Shown: positions 9,534-18,271 of the stretch, piece after piece
Numbering within the stretch: position 1 is the stretch's first letter
Layout of the letters: each line of letters starts with the position of its first letter
Assembly (NCBI GenBank): GCA_039024555.1
Contig: JBCCQQ010000001.1
Coordinates: 32,001-96,000, forward strand
Origin: Cyanobacteria bacterium P01_D01_bin.156
Lineage (GTDB): Bacteria > Cyanobacteriota > Cyanobacteriia > Phormidesmidales > Phormidesmidaceae
Direction: 5' to 3'
DNA: 64,000 bases
Notes under the pieces: model-generated
Databases searched by the model: none
What the model was told of the DNA's origin: nothing
Seen by the model: only the letters and a program-made list of their open reading frames with translations
Position numbers and translations under genes: made by a program

Positions 9534-11263
9534 TGTACGCTCAAGAATTTGATAAAGATCGTATTTTCGAGATGGCTGGCGTTGAGTTGCAGTCTGATGA
9601 ACCACTGCTCACGCCAGAACAAACGCAACAATTTATTGATGAAGAAGAGAAGAGCGAGGGTTGGGGGGATAACCCCATAGTTCGTGCGCTTGTAATTGCT
9701 GCTGTCATCGGAGTAGGCGGTGGAGGTTTGTTTTTGCTGTCGGGACTTGGCAGAGGGGGAAATCCCCCCAAGCTAGCTAACGATGAGTCTGAGGCTGCTC
9801 AGCAAGAGCTTCTTGCTCGCATTACACAGCTGGAGCAACAAAATTCTGAGCTGAAAGCTGAGCGAGCGATTGGAGGGCTATCTGATGAACCATCTAAGGT
9901 GTCAGACGCTCCCTCTAATACAGATGAAGCAGAGGTATTGGACAATGATGATTTGCAGCGTGAGCAGCCCGATACGATTGCAACGAAGCCAGAGTCGGTA
10001 CCTGTTCCAGGTCCTCGTCAGACGGCGCTGCCGCCGCCACCGCCGCCGATTCAGCCAGTGTATCAAGCACCTCGGTTGAGCCCTGGTCCGTTAGTGCAGC
10101 AGGTTCCTGAGATCGTTCCGGTTGCTGATTCGGTAGTAGTGACACCCCCGGTAGTTGAGCCGGTGGCAGAGTTACCCCCTCAATTTACAGCACCAGCCGA
10201 ACCGATTTCGCCGTCAGTCTCTGCGCCGGTGCCGGAGGAACCCGATACACCACCAACTCAAATGCCTTTTATTCCCGAGGATATAGAACCAGTACAGGTG
10301 GCCGTAGACTTCAAGGCTCCCGTTACTAAGCAGGTGCTTACCGGGACAGAAGCTCGCATCCAACTGGAGCGCGAGCTGAGCTGGGAGGAAGGCCGCAGTC
10401 AGGATCGCCGGATATTAGCCGAGTTGTTGGAACCGCTTCTGTTTGGTGATGGTACAACCTGGCTGGAACCAGGTACTAGGCTGGTATTGGCTAATCAAGG
10501 TATTACAGGCCGCCACGGTGAAGTCCAGTTGGATGTGATTGCCTATCAACACGGGGGCAGGGAACACGTCGTAGAGGCTGGAGCATTTGTGGTGCAGGCT
10601 GCCAATGGTGATATGGTCGTTGCCCGTAAGCACGGCGGACGCACACTTGGAGATGACATCACAGATATTGTTGTCGATGCAGCGGTTGAGGAAGCTCAAG
10701 AGCTGATTGAAGACTCGGTTGGTGGTATTGGCGGTGAGATTCTCAGCTCTGCTCTAGAACGTAATAAAGCAATTCTTGAGCCGTCTGTTGAACGTCCGAC
10801 ACGCTACGTGTTGGAGCGCGACGCAGAGTTAACGCTGGAAGTAAATCAACCCATAGAAGTGACCGTTGAGCCTGAAGTGGTAAAAGTTGCCGAGATTCCC
10901 GAATCACCTGCTTCTCAGATTGCAGTGACCGAACCGCCTGAAGATTTGGCTGCTGATTTTGCCGCAGCTGCTCCACAGGTTCGAGTACTCGAACCTGCGA
11001 TGGCTGCTGGCCGCGAGCAAGATCCTCCCACATTAGCCGAGCCGCAAGCAGACGTGCTTCAGCAAGAGCAGGAACTTCCTACCCTAGAGCACCTTATCGC
11101 GACCATTCCCGATCGAGATCGTGGCACTGAGTCCGTTGTTGTACAGAATGAAATCAATGAAGTATTTTCCTCGCAGACTGCTCCTCGTATTTCTGAGCGT
11201 TCTGTTAGTCCTACCGCTCCTGCGCAGCCGTGCGATCGCACAACAATCCCCGGTACCCTCTAA
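9533..11263 (+). CDS. TrbI/VirB10-like protein (Alr7210-like)
   Basis: TM segment, coiled coil, Pro-rich linker, then a beta-rich domain (LTGTEARIQL...LEPGTRLV). Confidence 0.7.
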   Translation: MYAQEFDKDRIFEMAGVELQSDEPLLTPEQTQQFIDEEEKSEGWGDNPIVRALVIAAVIGVGGGGLFLLSGLGRGGNPPKLANDESEAAQQELLARITQLEQQNSELKAERAIGGLSDEPSKVSDAPSNTDEAEVLDNDDLQREQPDTIATKPESVPVPGPRQTALPPPPPPIQPVYQAPRLSPGPLVQQVPEIVPVADSVVVTPPVVEPVAELPPQFTAPAEPISPSVSAPVPEEPDTPPTQMPFIPEDIEPVQVAVDFKAPVTKQVLTGTEARIQLERELSWEEGRSQDRRILAELLEPLLFGDGTTWLEPGTRLVLANQGITGRHGEVQLDVIAYQHGGREHVVEAGAFVVQAANGDMVVARKHGGRTLGDDITDIVVDAAVEEAQELIEDSVGGIGGEILSSALERNKAILEPSVERPTRYVLERDAELTLEVNQPIEVTVEPEVVKVAEIPESPASQIAVTEPPEDLAADFAAAAPQVRVLEPAMAAGREQDPPTLAEPQADVLQQEQELPTLEHLIATIPDRDRGTESVVVQNEINEVFSSQTAPRISERSVSPTAPAQPCDRTTIPGTL

Positions 11264-12338
11264 TATTCCAGATTTTGGGGCACTGACCTTTGATTCCTTG
11301 CGGTTTAGCGAGTCTGGAAATGTCGATTTACGGGGTGTTGTCTCACAGCTTGGCTACGATGCCTCGCGCACTTGGCAAGCTGGTAACAGTCTCGCTGGTA
11401 TTACAGAACTTGGTGACTTTGGTGGCAGCTTTCCCTATAGCTTGCGTGGAATAGCATCTGTGGCAGGGTTTGATATAGGCCGTTACCGCTTATCCGGCCT
11501 GGGGCGATTGCTTGGCAATCAGACTATAGGCGATGTGGTGCAGGCTATTCCCAGTTTGCGCAGCAGGCGGATTGACGAGGTAGCAGTGATCGCCAGCCTC
11601 TTAAGACGATCAGGGGTACGTTATACCGCTGAAAACACAGTGAACGATATCTTACTTGACTCACGTCTTGCAGGACTTCGTTTAGGGGCTGTGAATTTGT
11701 CGAGACATTCACTTGCTGCGCTTCCTGGGGTAGTTGATGTCCGTCTCGATCAATTTGGTAGCTGGCAGACTATTCGATTCTCAGAAATCGCAGGTTTGGG
11801 CTCGTTGCCGATTACTTCACTGTCGCGATCACCCGATGAACCTCAACAATTTCAGAACAATTCTCTGCAAGAGCCTGATATGCGCCGTGCACTTGTTCAA
11901 GCCGATATCGTATTTTCCTCAGCAGAGAAGAAGGCATTAAGAAGTATCTCTGGTAGCTACAACGAAGGCTTCCAGGTAGCGTGCCAGCAGGAACGAGGGT
12001 GCCCGCATGTAGAGCTAACCAACAGATGTATTTTCGGAGAGGGTTGCATTCAACTGGCTGTGGACCCGAGGATGACGCCGCTGAGGGGTAAGCAATGGAT
12101 TAGCGGGCGATATCACAAAGTGATAGGAGGTAGCGGACTGCTTACAGGCCTTGAGCCTACAGGTCGACACCCGCTTGGTGACAATTTCAAAATGGTTCTG
12201 ACTGACATGGACGAGAGCAGAGGAGAGGCTACGTTTGCTGCTTACTTTCGCATCTGTAGCCCCGTAGGCTGTAGTCCTTATCTGATAGGTCCTCTGCCGC
12301 TTTATGTGGTACGTGAAAAAGGTTTGTTGTTGATGTAG
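11148..12338 (+). CDS. Secreted cyanobacterial conjugation protein (Alr7212-like)
   Basis: Signal peptide (RAIA-Q), Leu-rich IPxL-type repeats, C-terminal CPHVEL...GKQWISG...EPTGRHP...GCSPYLIGP. Confidence 0.7.
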   Translation: MKSMKYFPRRLLLVFLSVLLVLPLLRSRAIAQQSPVPSNIPDFGALTFDSLRFSESGNVDLRGVVSQLGYDASRTWQAGNSLAGITELGDFGGSFPYSLRGIASVAGFDIGRYRLSGLGRLLGNQTIGDVVQAIPSLRSRRIDEVAVIASLLRRSGVRYTAENTVNDILLDSRLAGLRLGAVNLSRHSLAALPGVVDVRLDQFGSWQTIRFSEIAGLGSLPITSLSRSPDEPQQFQNNSLQEPDMRRALVQADIVFSSAEKKALRSISGSYNEGFQVACQQERGCPHVELTNRCIFGEGCIQLAVDPRMTPLRGKQWISGRYHKVIGGSGLLTGLEPTGRHPLGDNFKMVLTDMDESRGEATFAAYFRICSPVGCSPYLIGPLPLYVVREKGLLLM

Positions 12339-12343
12339 AGGAG

Positions 12344-14083
12344 GTGAGTGTTATGGACGACGTTATTCACAAGTTAATAGTAGATGCTGGTGAATACAAA
12401 GCTCTAAAGGAGTTGTTGTTAACCCCCAATATGGTCTTGCTGATGGGTATCTTGGTGCTTTGCGGCCTGCTCTATTTGTTGGAAGATAGGTTTGGTAAGA
12501 ACGACAAGCTGGCCACTGCCCGTTTTGCTAGCAACAAGGAGCGTGAGCACGCCAGACGTGAGTGCCTAAAGCAGATGATAGCCCGCAAGCACAATGAGGT
12601 GGGCCTTACCATTGGCACGCCAACGAGCAGGAATGATCGTAAGCGCGTTTATATTCCAGATTCCCAGCGCTCAATACTCGGTGTTGGGGGTCCGGGCACT
12701 GGTAAGTCATTCAGTTTTATAGATCCTGTCTTGCTTTCTACACTCCAGCAAGGATTTCCTACTATCTTGTACGATTTTAAGTATGCTAGCCAGGCCAAGC
12801 TAGCTGCATATGCAGCTAGCTTGGGTTACGAAGTACATATCTTTGCGCCTGGGTATCCAGAAAGTGGAGTGATTAACCCTTTACAGTTCTTGCGATCTCC
12901 GTCTGATACGGAGAGCAGTCGTCAGTTGATCACGCTGATGAATAAAAATCTTAGAGTGCTCACCAACTCAGCTGCCAATCGTTTTTTTGATACAGGCGGT
13001 GACCAAATAGGAGAGGGTGTGCTGTGTCTGGCGAGAGCCACTGAGTATCCCGATTTGTTGATGACCCAAACTATCTTGGGGCTTCCTCAACTGGTTGAAC
13101 GCCTTGCTGCAGCTGAGCATATCAACCCATGGGTGAAAAAGTCCTTTTCCCAACTGCTAAGTGTGCAGAAGGCTCCAGAAACTGTTTCAGGTCTGCTTGC
13201 CAGTGCCTCAGAAGTATTCAGCCGCATGATGAAGTCAAACTTACTGGCAACATTTTGTGGAGAGTCTTCCATTCCCTTGGACCTCAACGATAAGCAGCTG
13301 ATTATCTTCGGCATGGACCGCGTCAGACGTGATGTAGTGGCTCCAGTGACCGCAGCGATTATCAATATGCTTATCACCTTAAACGTGGCGCGTACACGAG
13401 AACTTCCACTTTGTGTCTTTTTAGACGAACTCCCGACCTTAGTGCTGCCGAGTCTGGCTCAGATGATCAATGAGAACAGGAGTGACGGGTTAGTTTGTGT
13501 GGCAGGTATACAGAGCTTTCCGCAGTTAGAAAAAACCTATGGTCGTGAGCTAGCACGAGTCATTTGGGCGGGCTTTGGACACAAGATCATTTTCAATCCA
13601 CAGGATGGCACTACTGCCGAGGAAATATCTAAATTCCTCGGCAATAAGGAGATCAGATATAAGCAGCGATCTCGCAGCTATGGTCACAAATCGGGGCGTA
13701 GTCGGAGTGTGAGCGAACAGCGACAAACACAACCGCTGATCTCAGCTTCAGACCTTCTCAAAATGAAGACGGGTGAATGTGTAATTATCAGTCCAGGCTT
13801 TGCCAACAAGAAAGAAGCGTATCTCCCCCTTAAAACAAAGATCAAAATCCCCAAACATGACCAGAAGATAGCCACGTTGAGTAAAAAGATATGGCCATCC
13901 ATCCAGCAGGAATTAGTCGCACGCTCCCAAGCACGACCGCCCACGGAGGCCGATGTGATTGCTCGCCAGCGTGTAGCTGAGAGACTGCTTCCCTTGCCAG
14001 AGGAGGCAGCCACGCAGCATGAGCATCAGGGTGCTGATTATTTTCAAGAGCAAGTAAGGGAAAGACTCAAGGGATGGCTCTGA
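12344..14083 (+). CDS. virD4: Type IV coupling protein (VirD4/TraD family)
   Basis: N-terminal TM, Walker A GGPGTGKS, YDFKY, INPL, Walker B FLDELPTL, GIQSFPQLEKTYG, TAEEISKFLG. Confidence 0.9.
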   Translation: MSVMDDVIHKLIVDAGEYKALKELLLTPNMVLLMGILVLCGLLYLLEDRFGKNDKLATARFASNKEREHARRECLKQMIARKHNEVGLTIGTPTSRNDRKRVYIPDSQRSILGVGGPGTGKSFSFIDPVLLSTLQQGFPTILYDFKYASQAKLAAYAASLGYEVHIFAPGYPESGVINPLQFLRSPSDTESSRQLITLMNKNLRVLTNSAANRFFDTGGDQIGEGVLCLARATEYPDLLMTQTILGLPQLVERLAAAEHINPWVKKSFSQLLSVQKAPETVSGLLASASEVFSRMMKSNLLATFCGESSIPLDLNDKQLIIFGMDRVRRDVVAPVTAAIINMLITLNVARTRELPLCVFLDELPTLVLPSLAQMINENRSDGLVCVAGIQSFPQLEKTYGRELARVIWAGFGHKIIFNPQDGTTAEEISKFLGNKEIRYKQRSRSYGHKSGRSRSVSEQRQTQPLISASDLLKMKTGECVIISPGFANKKEAYLPLKTKIKIPKHDQKIATLSKKIWPSIQQELVARSQARPPTEADVIARQRVAERLLPLPEEAATQHEHQGADYFQEQVRERLKGWL

Positions 14084-14118
14084 TGTTTCCATAGTTTATT
14101 GATGTAAGGAGTATTACG

Positions 14119-15450
14119 ATGGAACAGAATGGATACCAAAACGGCTTTGACCACACGGAAGACGCACAACCTACACAGGCTGATACTGAACAGGCACGAG
14201 CAGCTGGGGAATCGATGACCAATGCGCTGTTTGAGCTACTCGAACAGCTACGGAAGGCGGTCCCATCATATCAAAACGGTAATGGGGACAGGGTAAGCAA
14301 CACCCCTATCGAAATTAAGCTTGATCACATCGCCTATTACCGAGATGGAAGTCAGGATAAACCTTCATTTAACCTCACCACCCTCAGTGATGTTGATTAT
14401 TTGCACTATGCCCTGAAACAATCTCCTGGAAAACGTATCGGGGGGCGGGATAACAGCATTACGATCACAGTTGGAGGGCAGCCAGTCTTTAAGGCTGAGG
14501 CCGGGATTGTGACCCACAATACGGTGCCACAACCGACAGTTGACCAGGTACCCGTTTACCAGCCGGGGCCACAATACTATAGTGCGCCTCAAATGGCAGC
14601 GATGCCAGTCCCACCCATGATTGTCCAGAGTCCTGTCACATTGGAACGCTCACGAGATAAAGCGCCTTCCTTTTTGGAGCGAATTGACCAAGCCAGTGAG
14701 ATTGAAAAACCCTCGGTTCGTCAAGATAAATGGATGAAGATGAAGCCGAGTACTCGTCTCCAAATGGCGATAGAACGCCTATTTTCGTTCAAAAAGAAGG
14801 GCCAGGCCGTTGACGTGGCTATGGAGCTGCTTCAGCGTTATGGGACACGACAAGGAGATGAATTTGTGTATGAGGCCCAGGGTTACCGAATACGTGGAGT
14901 CGGGCGACATGTTCTGGTTGAAGACCGCGAGGGCCGTGGACTGATGGCGTTCAAAACCAAAGTGTTTGGTCGTCCCGCGATCAAAAGTTACAAGCTTGAC
15001 TCCACCCAAGAGATGGAATTCTTGAGAGTGCATACTGAGTTGGCAGATCGTAATTTTGAGGGTATTTCTTCAGATCCACTGCTAAGAGCAATGCAGCTCA
15101 GAGGTCTGGCACCGGATGGAGACACGCAAATTGTTGATGACCTAAAAGCCCTCTCCGTATCGGATATTGCCCGAGATTTGCTCAATGCCAGCGGTAGTCA
15201 ACCAGATAAAGAGGGGACTCGCGTGCTGGATGGCAAGCAGTATCGCATCGTCCATAGTCCTGAAAGCCTGAGTATCTATGCGAAGGGTGGGCGAGGTCTG
15301 GTGTTCAAGCAACAGGGAGGTACCATTGATTCAAAGCTCACAGCAGCAGATACCAAGCATTTCATATTCGTGAGTAAGGAGCTTGCGGCGCTTCAAAAGC
15401 AGCGGGCCGTGCAGTCGATTCAGCCCCAGGTCAATGGTATGCGGCTATAA
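14119..15450 (+). CDS. Hypothetical T4CP-adjacent protein with two copies of a novel-looking domain
   Basis: SD AAGGAG upstream; C-terminal ~90 aa align to the C-terminus of 15933-17636; a weaker internal copy lies near 14800-14960. Confidence 0.8.
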   Translation: MEQNGYQNGFDHTEDAQPTQADTEQARAAGESMTNALFELLEQLRKAVPSYQNGNGDRVSNTPIEIKLDHIAYYRDGSQDKPSFNLTTLSDVDYLHYALKQSPGKRIGGRDNSITITVGGQPVFKAEAGIVTHNTVPQPTVDQVPVYQPGPQYYSAPQMAAMPVPPMIVQSPVTLERSRDKAPSFLERIDQASEIEKPSVRQDKWMKMKPSTRLQMAIERLFSFKKKGQAVDVAMELLQRYGTRQGDEFVYEAQGYRIRGVGRHVLVEDREGRGLMAFKTKVFGRPAIKSYKLDSTQEMEFLRVHTELADRNFEGISSDPLLRAMQLRGLAPDGDTQIVDDLKALSVSDIARDLLNASGSQPDKEGTRVLDGKQYRIVHSPESLSIYAKGGRGLVFKQQGGTIDSKLTAADTKHFIFVSKELAALQKQRAVQSIQPQVNGMRL

Positions 15451-15493
15451 GTGCCAGTTCACCTGTTTTTTAATACAGCCAAAGGTTTTTTCA

Positions 15494-15919
15494 ATGCAAC
15501 AAACACATAAACAAAATAAATCAGGCTATCGCGTTCCTTTGAGTGAAGCAACAAAAGCCGAAATAGAAACAAGAATCACTCATTTTCTTATGTCAGCAGG
15601 GATCATGGAACAAGTCACGAGTGATCAGAATTTCAGTCTCAAAGTTAGCCATGGTCAGTATCATCCTTTAACGATCCGTCGCAATGGATCCGAGATTGAA
15701 TTTAGTCAAAGCGGCATTAACAACGACGGTAGCTTCATTGGCACCGAGCTGACTTTTGCAATTGGCAGAGATGGATTGCTGTCATTTAAAGACTCGTTAC
15801 GGTTTATGAATGGCCCAAGTCTTGCACCGACGTTCTCTGAATCGCTTTTACAGCAAGGGTTTCCCAATTTTGTAAAAGCGGCTGTGATGCAATGCCAGAA
15901 ATCACAGCTCAAGCTTTGA
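15494..15919 (+). CDS. Hypothetical protein, DUF6908-like
   Basis: ATG at 15494 is in frame with the track ORF; FLMSAGI...FSLKV...YHPLTI...ELTF...FSESLLQQGF pattern recalled from plasmid/ICE DUF6908-type domains. Confidence 0.5.
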   Translation: MQQTHKQNKSGYRVPLSEATKAEIETRITHFLMSAGIMEQVTSDQNFSLKVSHGQYHPLTIRRNGSEIEFSQSGINNDGSFIGTELTFAIGRDGLLSFKDSLRFMNGPSLAPTFSESLLQQGFPNFVKAAVMQCQKSQLKL

Positions 15920-15932
15920 GTAGGAGGAAATC

Positions 15933-17636
15933 ATGTCTCATGACGCGATGGTCAGCTCATTTGCCCATCATTTTGAGGTGGGAAAGGGATTTTCATCGAT
16001 TCAAGACGCCCGAGACCACGCTGCCGTGATTCTCGGCACCCTAGTACAACCTGGCACTGCTCAGGCAAAGTTGGTCGATGAAGCGATAGAAAATGGCGTT
16101 ATTCGAGCTGCCAGAACACTGGTTCAGCAGGCTCCCACACCCGAAGTGGCCTATCAATCGTTAGTGGATTTGTATAACCGTCATCCGCCGCTCAAGGTGA
16201 GATCATCTACAAGTGTTCAGCTCAAGGCGTACAGCACCCCTATACCCATAGCCTATCTTGCCTCAGTGCTGGCAGGCATTAGCCCAAAGACCACGGTTTA
16301 TGAGCCGACTGCTGGGAATGGTGCGTTGTTGATTGAGGCAACTCCCGAGCATGCAACCGTCAATGAGTTAGATGCTGAGCGTGCTGCAGCATTGAGGACT
16401 CAGGGATTCAGGGTTACTGAAAACGATGCGCTTAATTTTGTCCCCGACAAGAAGCATGATGCAATTATCATGAATCCACCCTTTGCAGGATATGCCAAGA
16501 ATGAAGGCGGCTACAAACAATTTGACACTGGGTATTACCAATCCAGCTTTTGCGATCATGCGATCGCACTACAAGCACTTAGGTCTTTGAAGCCTGATGG
16601 AAAAGCAGTGCTGATTTTATGTGGTCAGCCTGAAAATCAGGTGCATCGCTACAACTGGAGTCATTCAAAAAAGTTCTATCAAACCCTCTACCAGCAATAC
16701 AACGTGACTGATCATGTGACTGTAGCTGGCAAACTCTATGAGAAACAAGGAGCTGCCTACCCCATGGATATCATCGTGATACAGGGGACAGGTCCATCAG
16801 CACGTCCATTACCGGGTGAACAATATCCTCGCAGATATAACTCTTTTGAGGAACTAGGAGCGCTATTGCAGTGGAAGTTGCGCGAACAAGGAGTAGCTAC
16901 AACCATGCCATTAAACTCTGTGAAAGACGCCTTAGCTGCTTTAGAGCAGGGCTCGGCAGTACACTCGGCTGATCATGTTCTAACGATTGCAAGTCGTGAC
17001 GAGGGCAACACATATGTCTTGAAAACACCATTGCAGGTGAGCATTGGTGGAGCATACTATCTCGATGAAGAGCTGCTCAAAGCAGCAGGTTCTCCCTTTT
17101 TCTCAGCAAAGGGTCACATGGAGAATGTTATTCCTGCTGAAAAGTTAGAAGCAACACTTGCTGTGCTTATGAAGAAAGGTACACCGCTTATAGCCGTTGA
17201 AGCTTCACATGTTGGGGAGGAGTCGCTAACACAGGCCACAACATCCCTGAAGGAGCAGAGCGATTGGTATCGGATCGTGCAAGACATTCCGCTCAACGAT
17301 GACTTGAGTAGTTACGCCGCAATTAATACAGCTCGACATTTGCTTGAAATAAGTGGGATACAAGCCGACATGCAGGGGAGGCGGTTACTGGAAGGGAGCC
17401 TCTATCGTATTGAGGAATTTCCCAAAGGCTTGAGTATTCAATCTAAGAACGGAGGCGAAATTATCCGTCTAGAAGAGGGGAAGCTTACTAGTGATCTCTC
17501 AAATGAAGATATTGCACGTTTTAGCATCATTTCTGAGCGGTTATCTGAGCTCGTTCAGCAGCGTGAGGGTTTGACAAAGCTTGTAACCAGCGGTCGGTCT
17601 AATAATCACAACTCAAACGCTCAAACTAAACTCTAA
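15933..17636 (+). CDS. N6-adenine DNA methyltransferase-like protein (plasmid DarB/strawberry-notch N-terminal type) with shared C-terminal domain
   Basis: AYSTPIPIAY, SAM-binding YEPTAGNGALL, catalytic IMNPPF; SD AGGAGG; no helicase motifs follow. Confidence 0.8.
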   Translation: MSHDAMVSSFAHHFEVGKGFSSIQDARDHAAVILGTLVQPGTAQAKLVDEAIENGVIRAARTLVQQAPTPEVAYQSLVDLYNRHPPLKVRSSTSVQLKAYSTPIPIAYLASVLAGISPKTTVYEPTAGNGALLIEATPEHATVNELDAERAAALRTQGFRVTENDALNFVPDKKHDAIIMNPPFAGYAKNEGGYKQFDTGYYQSSFCDHAIALQALRSLKPDGKAVLILCGQPENQVHRYNWSHSKKFYQTLYQQYNVTDHVTVAGKLYEKQGAAYPMDIIVIQGTGPSARPLPGEQYPRRYNSFEELGALLQWKLREQGVATTMPLNSVKDALAALEQGSAVHSADHVLTIASRDEGNTYVLKTPLQVSIGGAYYLDEELLKAAGSPFFSAKGHMENVIPAEKLEATLAVLMKKGTPLIAVEASHVGEESLTQATTSLKEQSDWYRIVQDIPLNDDLSSYAAINTARHLLEISGIQADMQGRRLLEGSLYRIEEFPKGLSIQSKNGGEIIRLEEGKLTSDLSNEDIARFSIISERLSELVQQREGLTKLVTSGRSNNHNSNAQTKL

Positions 17637-17736
17637 ATTGATTTTGGACTTGACTCATCCTGGCAATTCGTAAAGATGCCCCTAATTTGATCTGTTTCGA
17701 CAGAACGAAGAAATGTTTTGTATGAGGATATAGACT

Positions 17737-18084
17737 GTGAAAAAGAAAACCTACAATACTAACCGCGTTCTTTTGACTGGTTTTGTCGGTGAAAAGGTTG
17801 ACCACAAGAAGGTAGGAGACCCAGTTGTCAGTGTTGCTACTTTCTTTCTAGGAATCCCTTATGAAGAAGACAATGGTGAGAAAACAAGCTGGGAAACTCA
17901 TGCGATAGAAACTTGGCGTGGACTTGCCGATCTCTGTAAGGAGAAGCTTACAAAAGGTTCAAAGGTGTTAGTTGAGGGCGCACTTCGCCAAGATCGTTGG
18001 GATGACAATGATAATAAAACCCAATTTCGAACTTATATTCGCGCTGATCGCGTGGAATTCCTTAAGCTCAAGAGGCCGGAGTAA
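17737..18084 (+). CDS. ssb: Single-stranded DNA-binding protein
   Basis: NRVLLTGFVG, W..LADLCKEKLTKGSKVLVEGAL..RW OB-fold motifs; no acidic tail. Confidence 0.9.
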   Translation: MKKKTYNTNRVLLTGFVGEKVDHKKVGDPVVSVATFFLGIPYEEDNGEKTSWETHAIETWRGLADLCKEKLTKGSKVLVEGALRQDRWDDNDNKTQFRTYIRADRVEFLKLKRPE

Positions 18085-18132
18085 GGCGAATTCACAATTT
18101 AGCTGAGTGTTTTTGAAGAGGTAACCCGATGC

Positions 18133-18157
18133 GAGGGCGGCGAAACGCCCTCCTTTT
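18133..18157 (+). terminator. Rho-independent terminator after ssb
   Basis: GAGGGCG-GCGAAA-CGCCCTC followed by CTTTT. Confidence 0.7.
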
Positions 18158-18271
18158 CACTTTGAGAAATAACGCCAACTTATCGGTCGTTTTCAATGGA
18201 TAAATGTCTATATTCATCTAAAAAATTAGGGGGGTAATCTATAATGACCAATTGATTTGTGAAAGTCTATT

